From positions 17,837 through 81,836 of the forward strand of contig JBAZKM010000006.1 in NCBI GenBank assembly GCA_041650805.1: a stretch of 64,000 nucleotides of DNA, read 5' to 3'. Both the position numbers and the translations under genes were made by a program. Under the pieces are notes generated by a model. It was not told where the DNA came from and searched no databases. It saw only the letters and a list, made by a program, of their open reading frames with translations. The DNA is from Candidatus Omnitrophota bacterium (GTDB taxonomy: Bacteria > Omnitrophota > Gorgyraeia > 2-01-FULL-45-10). Shown one piece after another: positions 45,570-55,346 of this stretch; the first letter of the stretch is position 1, and each line of letters opens with the position of its first letter.

Positions 45570-47136
45570 TCATATAAATATCTATAGACTCAAGCATGAG
45601 ATATCTAAAATCCCAGGGATATCGCTCGCGAGTATTGAACAGTCATATGAGATAGAAAAAGAAGCAACCGTGAATGGTATAAAATATAGGTTATATATTC
45701 AGCGAAGTTTTCCGCATACACCAAAGTGGTGCAGATTTCTCGATCAATTAATTGACAAATCTAAGCCTAAAATTAGATCAAGCACTTCTAGTTTTATATT
45801 ATTCGCAGAATATAATAGCAGGGCTTACGCTCTAACGGGCGGTTTTGGCCATACAAAAATAAAAGATCTTATTGATGAAGAGTTTGGGCTACATATGGCG
45901 CTTAGGTTAATAGACCCAAAATTGATAACTGGCATTTTCCAGAAATCGATGAAAGGCGATACGCGTCAAATTTATAGAGCTGTTATAGGCTACAAGCCGG
46001 AGCTAGATCTCGAGAATTTCAATAGAATTTTGAGGGCAGTTGAAGGTAAAACATCCGATAGATTTTTTGGCATGCGAGTTTCTGGGAGGGCATCCCTCTC
46101 TTTCAATTGTATGGTACCACTTTCTGAATTAAGCGTTTTATTTGATAAGTTAGAAGAGGTGTATAAAAAAGACAGCCCAATTTATTTCCCAAAATCTTAC
46201 GAACTGATTACAGACGATAAGCTTCTAAGTAAACTGGACAATATGTTAATTAAAGAGACCAATGATTTTATGGCAGCCAGAGAAGATAGGGACAGGCTTT
46301 ATATTGAATTAAAAGATATTAATTTGCAATTTAGAAGCACAAGATTTGAGCTTAAGGTGAAAAGGACTAAAAATGAATTCAAATATTTCAGTTTAGAAGA
46401 TATTCGCGATGCCCTAGCCAAAAATCAAACGACGCATTTTAACAAATGCGATGATATGTTGCACATTAAAATTAGCGGATTTGATGAGTCAAATAATGTT
46501 GTATTTGAAGATGAGCCGTTGTTGAAAATGTTAGTGTTTGAAGTCGATCATAACAATAGATCCTACTTTTTTATTGATAAAAAATGGTATCACATTTACC
46601 CAGATTTCAAGAACCATGTAGATTCAGACATTGCTCGTATTAGTGTGGATCGTCGTCTTATGCCTGCATGGGACGACAGTAAGTTAGGCGTGGGCAAGGG
46701 GGAAAGAGAATATAACATATATACAAGCGGATTGAAGGGATGGAACAACTTAGATAGGGATTGCGTGCGAATGACGGATGAAACCCCTATAGAGGTTTGC
46801 GATTTATACAATAAGATAAATCGTCAATTAATTCATGTTAAAAAAGTATGGGGATCAAAGACAAGTTATTTATTTGCTCAAGGTGCCGTGTCAGCGGAGG
46901 TGCTCTATCAGTCGCAGGAATTCAGGGATGCGTGCATAACAAAATGGCCCTCATTATTTGATCATACGTTACCGCAAGGGCATAGAGTAGTCTATGCGAT
47001 TGCTGATAATAAAACCCAAGACGCAAGTTTTCCCAGAAATTTAACTTTTTTTTCAAAAGTTAATTTAATGCAAACAGTATCACGATTAGAGATACTAGGG
47101 TATGATGTTATTTTAGCATCGATACGGGTTGACTAA
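45553..47136 (+). CDS. Hypothetical 527-aa protein in the defence cluster
   Basis: Long ORF with AT-rich codon usage like its neighbours. No motif recognised. Overlaps the previous gene's stop. Confidence 0.5.
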   Translation: MRTHSNHINIYRLKHEISKIPGISLASIEQSYEIEKEATVNGIKYRLYIQRSFPHTPKWCRFLDQLIDKSKPKIRSSTSSFILFAEYNSRAYALTGGFGHTKIKDLIDEEFGLHMALRLIDPKLITGIFQKSMKGDTRQIYRAVIGYKPELDLENFNRILRAVEGKTSDRFFGMRVSGRASLSFNCMVPLSELSVLFDKLEEVYKKDSPIYFPKSYELITDDKLLSKLDNMLIKETNDFMAAREDRDRLYIELKDINLQFRSTRFELKVKRTKNEFKYFSLEDIRDALAKNQTTHFNKCDDMLHIKISGFDESNNVVFEDEPLLKMLVFEVDHNNRSYFFIDKKWYHIYPDFKNHVDSDIARISVDRRLMPAWDDSKLGVGKGEREYNIYTSGLKGWNNLDRDCVRMTDETPIEVCDLYNKINRQLIHVKKVWGSKTSYLFAQGAVSAEVLYQSQEFRDACITKWPSLFDHTLPQGHRVVYAIADNKTQDASFPRNLTFFSKVNLMQTVSRLEILGYDVILASIRVD

Positions 47137-47188
47137 ACGTTGTAACAGATAGATATATGTTAAAGAGTTCCGGCATAAGGAAGTAGCC

Positions 47189-47734
47189 ATGGTAAAACAT
47201 ATCGATCCTAATAAGATAAGGGTTGGGGATGTAATTCTTGTCGCGACCAAAACAAAAGTCACCATTGAAACTCAGCAAAAGCTTGGTTACGGTGAAAGTA
47301 GCAAATGGACTCACGTTGCTGGCAGTATTGGTGCTTATGATTTAGTGGAAGGGCAAATTCCAAAAGCGAGAGTTTGTGATCTGCAGAAAGACTATGTCGA
47401 AGCTGGATTTGAAATAAGAGTTATGCGTAGGAGTTATGAAAATGATGGGGACCGCATAAAAGTTGCGCTATGGTGGGCTACCATGAATAATATTCCTTAT
47501 GATTACCTTCAGTTATTATGGTTTCCAATAGCTGGGTACATCGGGAAAGCATTATTGACTATGAGGAATGTATTTAATGCAAAAAAACGACTGATCTGCT
47601 CTGAGTTAATAACCAACGGGTTTTATAAACAAGGCTATAATTTATTTAATAGACTAGCAGAAGGCGTTCTTCCAGCTGATTTCGACAATAATAAATTGTT
47701 TGATGAAATAACCGATATCTGGCTTAGCGAGTAA
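47189..47734 (+). CDS. Permuted papain-like (YiiX/DUF830-type, NlpC/P60 superfamily) putative amidase
   Basis: His (WTHVAG) precedes Cys (RLICSELI) in a small ~180-aa protein, the permuted arrangement. Confidence 0.35.
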   Translation: MVKHIDPNKIRVGDVILVATKTKVTIETQQKLGYGESSKWTHVAGSIGAYDLVEGQIPKARVCDLQKDYVEAGFEIRVMRRSYENDGDRIKVALWWATMNNIPYDYLQLLWFPIAGYIGKALLTMRNVFNAKKRLICSELITNGFYKQGYNLFNRLAEGVLPADFDNNKLFDEITDIWLSE

Positions 47735-47834
47735 GTAATCCTATACAGCCTCTAAATACGGTGCTAGCTCCCAGGAGTGAAAATTAGATTGACAAGATAT
47801 ACATGATATGTTATACAGTATACATGGTGAATGA

Positions 47835-48257
47835 ATGGCACTAATATTTGATAAGAGTGAATATACCCCTGCGCAACTTGCTAAAATCCTGAGCGAAGAA
47901 TACGGCCATAAAGTTACAGCTGCCGTAATTCGCAAATGGGATAACGAGATTTTTGATGGGATCTCAAGCAGGACAAGGGGGGAGGCTGAGGCGCGATCTT
48001 ATAGTGGCAGCGATATTCATTTCTTTAATGCAATTGCAGTATTAAGAAATTTGGGATATAGCGTCAATGACGTAAAGAATATTCTATTTCAAGTTGCTGC
48101 TTACGGAGCTAATAAAGACAGCAAAATGGCTAAACCGGACATAGTTATTGATACAGGCAAGCAAAGAATAGTTATAGAGATCAAAGGGCAGATGGAAAAG
48201 CAAAAGAAGGCTTTTAACGACCTTGAGAAGTATATTGAGATAGTAAAAAATAAATAG
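47835..48257 (+). CDS. MerR-family HTH transcriptional regulator-like protein
   Basis: N-terminal YTPAQLAKILSEEYGHKVTAAVIRKWDNE is a MerR-type HTH. Confidence 0.5.
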   Translation: MALIFDKSEYTPAQLAKILSEEYGHKVTAAVIRKWDNEIFDGISSRTRGEAEARSYSGSDIHFFNAIAVLRNLGYSVNDVKNILFQVAAYGANKDSKMAKPDIVIDTGKQRIVIEIKGQMEKQKKAFNDLEKYIEIVKNK

Positions 48258-48358
48258 GAATTTTTTTTGTCTAGTGGGTTATACGCTGTGTAACATGGTA
48301 TGTATAAGGTATACCTATCTTATACTCACCATATAACAACAAAATCTAAAAAAAGGGG

Positions 48359-48541
48359 GTGATTCGAGTGGAGCCTATGATTAAGGTCGAATGCGTTGAG
48401 TGTAATAGCAGGTACTACGTTCTCGCTGGCGATAGAAATTTACTGTTGCCAGGGGATATTAAGCAGGGCGAGGCATTTCCGAATAGATGTCCGCTATGCA
48501 AGGAAGGCGCATATGCAGTGTTAGCAGAAGAAGCGAAGTAG
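48359..48541 (+). CDS. Small zinc-ribbon protein
   Basis: CVEC...CPLC pair in 60 aa; GGGGG RBS upstream. Confidence 0.4.
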   Translation: MIRVEPMIKVECVECNSRYYVLAGDRNLLLPGDIKQGEAFPNRCPLCKEGAYAVLAEEAK

Positions 48542-48609
48542 CAGAGATTGATCGGCCCCGGGCGTCTATATTCCCGGGGCTGGTCAGCATAACATTAAAG
48601 GAGGTAGCA

Positions 48610-48939
48610 ATGTCACATTATTTCTTATGTGGATTGGAGTACAAGTGGGACTTGATTAGAGAAACATCCTCTAGCCAAAAGTTTATTGTTGATGTTGGCG
48701 ATTATTGGGGACTTAAAGCCACGTTCGATATCCATTACACAAAGCCTGAAATAGCGTATGTAACCGTATGTCTTATCGGGCCAAAGGAGTATTTTACTGA
48801 TGGGCTAAGCCATTGGTTGTTTGCTGATTTAGAAAAAATAATCGAAAAGCACGGTGACTATGGCGTCATAGATTATGCTCTCGTTTTCAGTGATCATTTG
48901 TGTAATGGAAATTACAGTATGGAGTCATTTTCAGCATAA
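48610..48939 (+). CDS. Hypothetical protein (109 aa)
   Basis: GGAGG RBS 7 nt upstream of ATG 48610. The long ORF-track start at 48487 is probably an upstream extension. Confidence 0.4.
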   Translation: MSHYFLCGLEYKWDLIRETSSSQKFIVDVGDYWGLKATFDIHYTKPEIAYVTVCLIGPKEYFTDGLSHWLFADLEKIIEKHGDYGVIDYALVFSDHLCNGNYSMESFSA

Positions 48940-48952
48940 AAAGGAGGACAAA

Positions 48953-50224
48953 ATGATAATAAGAAAAGTACCTGTGTCAGAGATCAATCCCGCTACTTAC
49001 AATCCGCGCGTGGATCTCAAGCCGAGCGATCCAGAGTACCAAAAGCTTAAAAAAAGCATAGATACTTTTGGATATATCGATCCGATTGTCTGGAATGAAA
49101 AGACAGGAAATTTGGTAGGGGGGCATCAAAGATTAAAAATTCTTATTGCATACGGCTTAAAGGAGATCGAGGCAAGCATAGTAAGCTTAGGTCTGGAGAA
49201 AGAGAAGTTGCTCAATCTCGCTTTAAACAAAGCATCCGGCCTATGGGATGAGGATAAACTTGCAGCGTTATTGGATGAGCTTATGAAGATGCCGGACTTG
49301 GATATTTCTATATCCGGTTTTGATTTGCCGGAAATCAGCCACTATATTGACCAGGCGCGTGATTTGGCAGATGACGATGACCTGGACTATCAGAAAGAGG
49401 CTGAGGCTATCATAACGCCTGAAACAAAAGAGGGGGAGCTGATTATTTTGGGTCCGCACAGGATATTATGTGGAGACTCAGCGAACCCGGAAGACCTAGC
49501 AAGGCTTATGAACGGTGAAAAGGCGGATATGGTCGATACAGACTATCCTTATAATGTGAACTATGGCGGAGGGGATAAGCCTGATCCTAATACGCGTCCC
49601 AAAGACTCGCGGAAATGGCCTCAGATCTATGCTGATAACATGCCTCAGGCAGAATATGAGATATGGATGAAGAAGGTGCTTACCAATATCAAGCACTGTG
49701 TAAGACCAGGGGCTGCGTTTTACATTTGGCAGGGATTACGCCAAATACCACCATTATGCCAAAGTCTAATTGACCTAAACTTTCACGTTTCGTGCATCAT
49801 CTGCTGGTTGAAGGAGTCGCCGGCAATCACATATGCAGATTACTGCTACAGGACGGAACAGTGTTTGTACGGATGGCTTGAGGGAGCGCCTCACTATTGG
49901 GCAGGTAAGCCTGCCGAAAGCAATGTCTGGGAGGTGCATAGAGACTCAACTAAGGCTTATAGCCATCCTACGCAAAAACCTGTGCAGTTAGGTCAGCACG
50001 CCATCAGAAATAGCTCCAAGATTAACGATATTGTCTTGGATGTATTTCTCGGAGGCGGAGGGATCCTTTTGGCAGCGGAAAGCCTTGGCAGGCGCTGTTA
50101 CGGCTGCGATAGAGATGCACGCTACATTGACGTCTGCGTAAAAAGGTATGGAAACCTAGTAAACATCGATAAGCTTTCACCTGAAATCCGTGAACGCTAC
50201 TTTTCTAAGGAGGTTACAAAATGA
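48953..50224 (+). CDS. ParB-like nuclease domain fused to a DNA (N6-adenine/N4-cytosine) methyltransferase (phage-type)
   Basis: ParB/Srx motif VGGHQRLKIL at the N-terminus. MTase motifs DTDYPYNV (DPPY-like) and SHPTQKPVQL. AAGGAGG RBS before ATG 48953. Confidence 0.75.
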   Translation: MIIRKVPVSEINPATYNPRVDLKPSDPEYQKLKKSIDTFGYIDPIVWNEKTGNLVGGHQRLKILIAYGLKEIEASIVSLGLEKEKLLNLALNKASGLWDEDKLAALLDELMKMPDLDISISGFDLPEISHYIDQARDLADDDDLDYQKEAEAIITPETKEGELIILGPHRILCGDSANPEDLARLMNGEKADMVDTDYPYNVNYGGGDKPDPNTRPKDSRKWPQIYADNMPQAEYEIWMKKVLTNIKHCVRPGAAFYIWQGLRQIPPLCQSLIDLNFHVSCIICWLKESPAITYADYCYRTEQCLYGWLEGAPHYWAGKPAESNVWEVHRDSTKAYSHPTQKPVQLGQHAIRNSSKINDIVLDVFLGGGGILLAAESLGRRCYGCDRDARYIDVCVKRYGNLVNIDKLSPEIRERYFSKEVTK

Positions 50225-50907
50225 CTTCAGAAACCGTAAATCAAAATCCTGATGAGCAGCCAATACTGGCGCTTATTCAACGCATTAAGGACGGTCTCTT
50301 TGATCCGAAGTTTCTTGCTAAGGATCAAAGAATTCAGTGTGTTGAGGTCTTGTCGGGCGAAGCAATGACAGAAGCTGTTATCGCGCAGTACCTAAAGGTC
50401 AGTATAAAAACGGTTACTCGAGATATCCAGGCTATCAGAGAACGGAACGCTCTGACACCGAATGTTAATTTTGCGAAGCAGATTATTGGTGAGCTTGTTC
50501 ACAAGGCGCGTTTACATCATGGACATCTCATGCGCCTTGCACGCAATAAAGAAACTTCAGCTGTAGCGAAGGTTCAGGCCGAGTTTTCCGCTTGGAGGGT
50601 CCTAAACGAAATGATCGAGCGACTGCAAACATTAGGTTATCTTCCGCAGCGTCCTACGGAAATCACCGGAGATCTATACCATCATCTTTCTGATGATTCT
50701 GAGAAGTCTATTGAGGAAATCAAAAAGATGATAATTGAGATTGAGGTGGTAAGTAAGGAAGCCGGTCAAGCGTCTCCAGAGGTAGAAGAGGAGCTTAAGC
50801 GCCTCAAGGATAAGATTGAGAAAGCAGAGATTATACAGCAGGTAAATAAATTATCTCAAAAGCAGCAGGAACCCAAACAAGACAAGGAGAATCAAAATGA
50901 CAAATAA
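50221..50907 (+). CDS. Putative terminase small subunit / HTH DNA-binding protein
   Basis: HTH (AQYLKVSIKTVTRDI), coiled-coil C-terminus. Immediately precedes and overlaps the large terminase. Confidence 0.45.
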   Translation: MTSETVNQNPDEQPILALIQRIKDGLFDPKFLAKDQRIQCVEVLSGEAMTEAVIAQYLKVSIKTVTRDIQAIRERNALTPNVNFAKQIIGELVHKARLHHGHLMRLARNKETSAVAKVQAEFSAWRVLNEMIERLQTLGYLPQRPTEITGDLYHHLSDDSEKSIEEIKKMIIEIEVVSKEAGQASPEVEEELKRLKDKIEKAEIIQQVNKLSQKQQEPKQDKENQNDK

Positions 50908-52522
50908 TCTATTTAATGATACATATTCTGTGATGCGTAAGGCAGGGGAGAAATCTATATATGCTTTTGCTAAGTATTTCATGCCGGAACATTTAAAGTA
51001 CCCACCTTCCCGGGCCCACCATGAGATATATGACTTGCTTCAGGAAATTACTCAGAAGCGTAACTGTAAGCTCGCCATAGCAGCGCCTAGAGATTTTGGT
51101 AAGTCGACTCTAATTACCCTCATCTATGTAATTTACACTATCTGCTATGCAAAAGAAAAGTTTATCGTGATATTAAGCAATACCTCATCGCAGGCAAAGC
51201 AGATTCTTGAGAACATCAGAAAGGAGCTAACCGAGAATGAGCGCTTGAAGGCTGCTTTTCCTAATATATTCGAGGCAGATGGCAGGCCTAAGCCACCGCG
51301 CTGGAGACAGGATGATATTATCACCAGAAATGGAGTTGAAATATTAGCTTTAGGTAGTGGCCAGCAGATCAGAGGAAGAAGATATGGCTCTGCCAGGCCT
51401 ACGCTTATTGTCGCTGATGACGTGGAAAGCCCTGAGAATACATTCTCATCTGAATCAAGAGACAAGCTAAAGGATTGGTTTAGTAAGTCGGTATTGCGAG
51501 CAGGCTCGGAATCAACCAATATCCTATATATAGGTAATTTGTACCACCCATACTGCCTTTTGAGCGAATATGTTAACCCCGAACTAAACCCGGGGTGGGT
51601 AAGTAAGGTTTATAAGGCACTTATTGCCTGGCCTACTCGCATAGATCTCTGGGAGAAGTGGCGTAATATCTATAACAACCGTGAGAAGGTCGACAATATA
51701 AGCGGTATAGAGGCAGCGCTAAAGTATTATCAGGCTAATACGCAGGCTATGGATGAAGGAGCTGTGCTTCTTTGGCCTGAGCGTCACTCGCTGCATAATC
51801 TCATGATTGCACGTGAGGAGAACGAGATTTCCTTCATGAGCGAGCTAATGAACAGCCCACTTGACTCGAAGCTATGTATCTTTAATGCCGATGATCTTCA
51901 CTATTGGGACGGCATATACCATAGCGTTGAGAATCTACTACATGCTTTGGGTGATAATGCGGAATTTTATGGAGCGTGCGATCCGTCTCTAGGGGGTCAA
52001 AACTTTAAAGGTGATTACTCGGCAATTGTTATTGTGGTTCGAGACAAACGAGATGGTATTTTGTACGTTATCGAAGCGGATATCAAGCGCCGGACTCCAA
52101 CCGAGACAATAGATGACATCCTGGCCTATTGCCAGCGTTATAAATTCGTACGTTTCGCAGTTGAAATAAATCAGTTTCAGAAGATGTTGTATGACCAGCT
52201 CGTTGAGAGCGCAAGAAAGCAGAGCAAGTATGCACCATTTGAGCAAGTGACTAACACAAGCGACAAGGTAAAGCGCATACAAGCGTTGCAGCCGTTAGTG
52301 AAGAATGGTACGATCAAATTCGCTAAGTTCTTAAGGCTTTTGCTTGAGCAGATGAGATACTTTCCAAAAGGAAAGTATGATGACGGATTAGATGCGCTTG
52401 AGATGGCCGTACAGGTAGCTGCGGAGAAACCAAGGACGATAACTATGACAATAGTTGGAGGTGACAGAGACGATTGGTATGGCGACTACCATAGAAATCT
52501 TGGGTGGCCAAAAATATTCTAA
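50897..52522 (+). CDS. Phage terminase large subunit
   Basis: Walker A AAPRDFGKST and Walker B LIVADDVE ATPase motifs. C-terminal nuclease-like region. 541 aa. Confidence 0.75.
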   Translation: MTNNLFNDTYSVMRKAGEKSIYAFAKYFMPEHLKYPPSRAHHEIYDLLQEITQKRNCKLAIAAPRDFGKSTLITLIYVIYTICYAKEKFIVILSNTSSQAKQILENIRKELTENERLKAAFPNIFEADGRPKPPRWRQDDIITRNGVEILALGSGQQIRGRRYGSARPTLIVADDVESPENTFSSESRDKLKDWFSKSVLRAGSESTNILYIGNLYHPYCLLSEYVNPELNPGWVSKVYKALIAWPTRIDLWEKWRNIYNNREKVDNISGIEAALKYYQANTQAMDEGAVLLWPERHSLHNLMIAREENEISFMSELMNSPLDSKLCIFNADDLHYWDGIYHSVENLLHALGDNAEFYGACDPSLGGQNFKGDYSAIVIVVRDKRDGILYVIEADIKRRTPTETIDDILAYCQRYKFVRFAVEINQFQKMLYDQLVESARKQSKYAPFEQVTNTSDKVKRIQALQPLVKNGTIKFAKFLRLLLEQMRYFPKGKYDDGLDALEMAVQVAAEKPRTITMTIVGGDRDDWYGDYHRNLGWPKIF

Positions 52523-52534
52523 GCCACGAAAAAT

Positions 52535-52563
52535 ATTGACAAATGATACAAGCGTGGTATACT
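52535..52563 (+). promoter_or_regulatory. Candidate sigma70 promoter
   Basis: TTGACA, 16-nt spacer, then TATACT. Confidence 0.35.
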
Positions 52564-52871
52564 TATATCCACAGATAGAAGTCGTCCCGATGTTGGAAGG
52601 GGTAAATCCCGGACGTTAAAAAAGAAAAACCTTCGAGTGGGTAAGTATGCCACCGAGGGTTTTTGTGTTTTATAAGACATATACGGCTTGTAGTTTAAGC
52701 CGATAACATAATTTCACAAGTTTTTGCACCTGGCGGATTGTTTCAATGGACAGTTTCATTTGTAGTAGCAGTCCTGTGTTTCAAGGGGGAACCTGGACTT
52801 TAAAAAAGTAAAACCTTCGCTAGCCATAATTTTGTGGCTGGCGGAGGTTTTTCTATTTTGAGGAGGGCGAT

Positions 52872-53330
52872 ATGGGAAGAATAGCAGGCATAACATTAGT
52901 TATGGTATTAGCTTGTTCATTAGCTTTTGCCGAAGAAAAGTATTTGGGAAGATTAAGTACAAACAAGATTGCCTCAGATTCTACAAGTAATCCTGTTGGT
53001 CAATACGGCAGCACTGTATCGCCAACTAGTATAAATAATCCTGTAGGCCAATTTGGAAGCTCTGTAAGCCCGAATAGCGCCCGTAATTCGCTTGCTACAG
53101 ATACACCTAAGCTATATAGTCAGGATGGGCACTATTTAGGTAAGGTGAGCAGTAATACGCTAGATCCAGACTCGATAAGTAATCCTGTGGGAAGATATGG
53201 CAGTTCCGTATCTCCCGATAGCGTACATAATCCAGTAGGTCGTTATGGAAGCAGCGTCAGTTCTGAAAGCGCTAATAACCCATTAGCTACTAACGCACCG
53301 AAGATAATCTATGGAGGAAATGATGAGTAA
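52872..53330 (+). CDS. Secreted repeat protein (4 x S-NPVGxYGSSVSP-S units)
   Basis: Signal peptide, then four ~30-aa repeats with core NPVG(Q/R)YGS(T/S)VSP. Confidence 0.55.
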   Translation: MGRIAGITLVMVLACSLAFAEEKYLGRLSTNKIASDSTSNPVGQYGSTVSPTSINNPVGQFGSSVSPNSARNSLATDTPKLYSQDGHYLGKVSSNTLDPDSISNPVGRYGSSVSPDSVHNPVGRYGSSVSSESANNPLATNAPKIIYGGNDE

Positions 53331-54300
53331 AAGTAAAGACGTGTATATGAAGATAATGGCGTTGGTTGTATTGGGGGTCATGGTTGCAGTTCCGATGTAT
53401 GCTCAAAACGCTGCAATCGATCAGGAGTTAGACGCGATTTATCAAAAAGCGTCGCATGCAATTGCCGAAAACAACATTGAGAAATCAGATTTTTATCTTG
53501 CTCGATATATGGGCCTCGCATTTACCAATGAAGATTCAAAGCATGGCTATAACGATCTAATTCCGCTATTTAAGCAGAGGAAAGATTTGGCCGGGTCAAC
53601 CGCATTCATATCAGGTCAGTATACCGATGAATTCTTAGACTTCTATTTTCGCGCGCCGGGTTTAATGTGGAGCATTCCAGATGAAGGAGTCGATGAGAAC
53701 ACTCTTGAGTTTGAGGTAAACGCTAGTTCTGATGGCAAATATTTCGCATCGCTTGTTATTTCACCACGCCTTGAGACTTGGTCGGTAATAAAAAAAGATA
53801 TCATGATTTCCGTAGTGCCTCTGGGCTCTAGTGTAAAACAGCCACGCATTGTTTCAGGCATTCTGAAGGACAATAAACCCTTAAGGCGGTTTCCGATAGT
53901 TGACCTTAATACTGATGATCACTTTTTGCATTATGTATGGCCTATTGAATTTTATGATTTGGATGGTGATGGTATCCCCGAAATATGGCTACGATATAAT
54001 CTCGCATGGGCGGATGGTTTTTCTCAGCGCCTTGATATTTATAAGATCATAAACGATAGCAAGCTAGTGTTATTGAAACGATTTGAGGGGGAAGCTGAAG
54101 GTATTGCGCGAAGACTGCCTGATAATAAAGTTGAAGTCGGATATGGGTTTTCTGATAAACCTGGCGGGCATTTGTACTTTGACCAATACCATTTTGATAT
54201 ATTTGAATATAAAAATGGAGATTTTGTGAAGGCCTCCGAAAGGAACGAGCCCCACATACTGAGAAGCGATAGCTGGCATAAATATTATGGCTTTGATTAA
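53311..54300 (+). CDS. Secreted hypothetical protein
   Basis: N-terminal signal peptide (VLGVMVAVPMYAQNA); 329 aa. Confidence 0.5.
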   Translation: MEEMMSKSKDVYMKIMALVVLGVMVAVPMYAQNAAIDQELDAIYQKASHAIAENNIEKSDFYLARYMGLAFTNEDSKHGYNDLIPLFKQRKDLAGSTAFISGQYTDEFLDFYFRAPGLMWSIPDEGVDENTLEFEVNASSDGKYFASLVISPRLETWSVIKKDIMISVVPLGSSVKQPRIVSGILKDNKPLRRFPIVDLNTDDHFLHYVWPIEFYDLDGDGIPEIWLRYNLAWADGFSQRLDIYKIINDSKLVLLKRFEGEAEGIARRLPDNKVEVGYGFSDKPGGHLYFDQYHFDIFEYKNGDFVKASERNEPHILRSDSWHKYYGFD

Positions 54301-54319
54301 ACGGAGGAAAGGAAACAAT

Positions 54320-55339
54320 ATGCGTAATGTATTATTGATTTTAATAATTGTAAGCTGTATCGCGTCAAACTCATTTGCTAGTGGCATGAGTAGTATGGAG
54401 AAAGGGATCATTAGGCTTGAATATATAGGTAGGCAAGTTCAAGCAATAGAGAATGAACTGCGCTTATACTACATGGCTAAAATTGAGGACCGCCCTGACG
54501 TTGAGCCTGTTGATGATGTTAACCAATTAATTAAATTAAAGCAGGAACTAAGTGCGCTGGATTTGCCTCAAGAAATCGCCGATTTAAAACCAGACCTATT
54601 AGGGGTTATTGATAAGTTAATAGATAATTGTAATGGCATTCTAAAGAAGGATGAGAAAGCGCGAGACAAAGAATTTGATGATTTTTGGAAGGAGGTAGGC
54701 GCTTTTAATGACAAGCTGAAGTCGAAAATTGATAAGTACCTATCTATCCCGGAGCTCGGCATAGATTTTAGTTTGGCAAATGAAGAAACGCGGCTTTTTA
54801 CTGATAGCAAAGACCAGACTGCATTTAAGCAGGCACTATCATATATTGACAAGAAAAAATATCAAGATGCTGTTAAGATCTTGGAGCCTCTTTTAAGCAA
54901 ATATAAAAACAAGCCTGCCGAAGGCAGTATCATTGTTAGAATTGCTGATTGTTATATTGTTAAGGATAGCCCTTTGAGCCAGCGTGGAGGCAATGAAGAA
55001 TATCTAATAGGCCTTCTGATCGATTTTATCAATCGAAAACAATATACTCCACAGATTCAACGCATTTATCTACAGTGGCGTACGCTAGAGCAATCTTATA
55101 ACAACGGTGCTTCGAACTGGTCGACTATGCCAAACGATCATTATAACGAAGTACTATTGGGGGTGGCTGAGGCTATCGAGAGACATATAGACCAGCACCC
55201 AGATGATTATTGGGCAAAATATCAGCTATTATTGCTTATGGATACCCCAATAATCGAAAGGTGGGGTAGGGGTTATCAATATGGTAATACAATGGCCCTA
55301 GACTATGCATTCTTAAATGGAATGCTTAACAAGGAGTGA
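54320..55339 (+). CDS. Secreted hypothetical protein
   Basis: GGAGG RBS before ATG 54320. Signal peptide LLILIIVSCIASNSFASG. Confidence 0.5.
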   Translation: MRNVLLILIIVSCIASNSFASGMSSMEKGIIRLEYIGRQVQAIENELRLYYMAKIEDRPDVEPVDDVNQLIKLKQELSALDLPQEIADLKPDLLGVIDKLIDNCNGILKKDEKARDKEFDDFWKEVGAFNDKLKSKIDKYLSIPELGIDFSLANEETRLFTDSKDQTAFKQALSYIDKKKYQDAVKILEPLLSKYKNKPAEGSIIVRIADCYIVKDSPLSQRGGNEEYLIGLLIDFINRKQYTPQIQRIYLQWRTLEQSYNNGASNWSTMPNDHYNEVLLGVAEAIERHIDQHPDDYWAKYQLLLLMDTPIIERWGRGYQYGNTMALDYAFLNGMLNKE

Positions 55340-55346
55340 GTGAACA

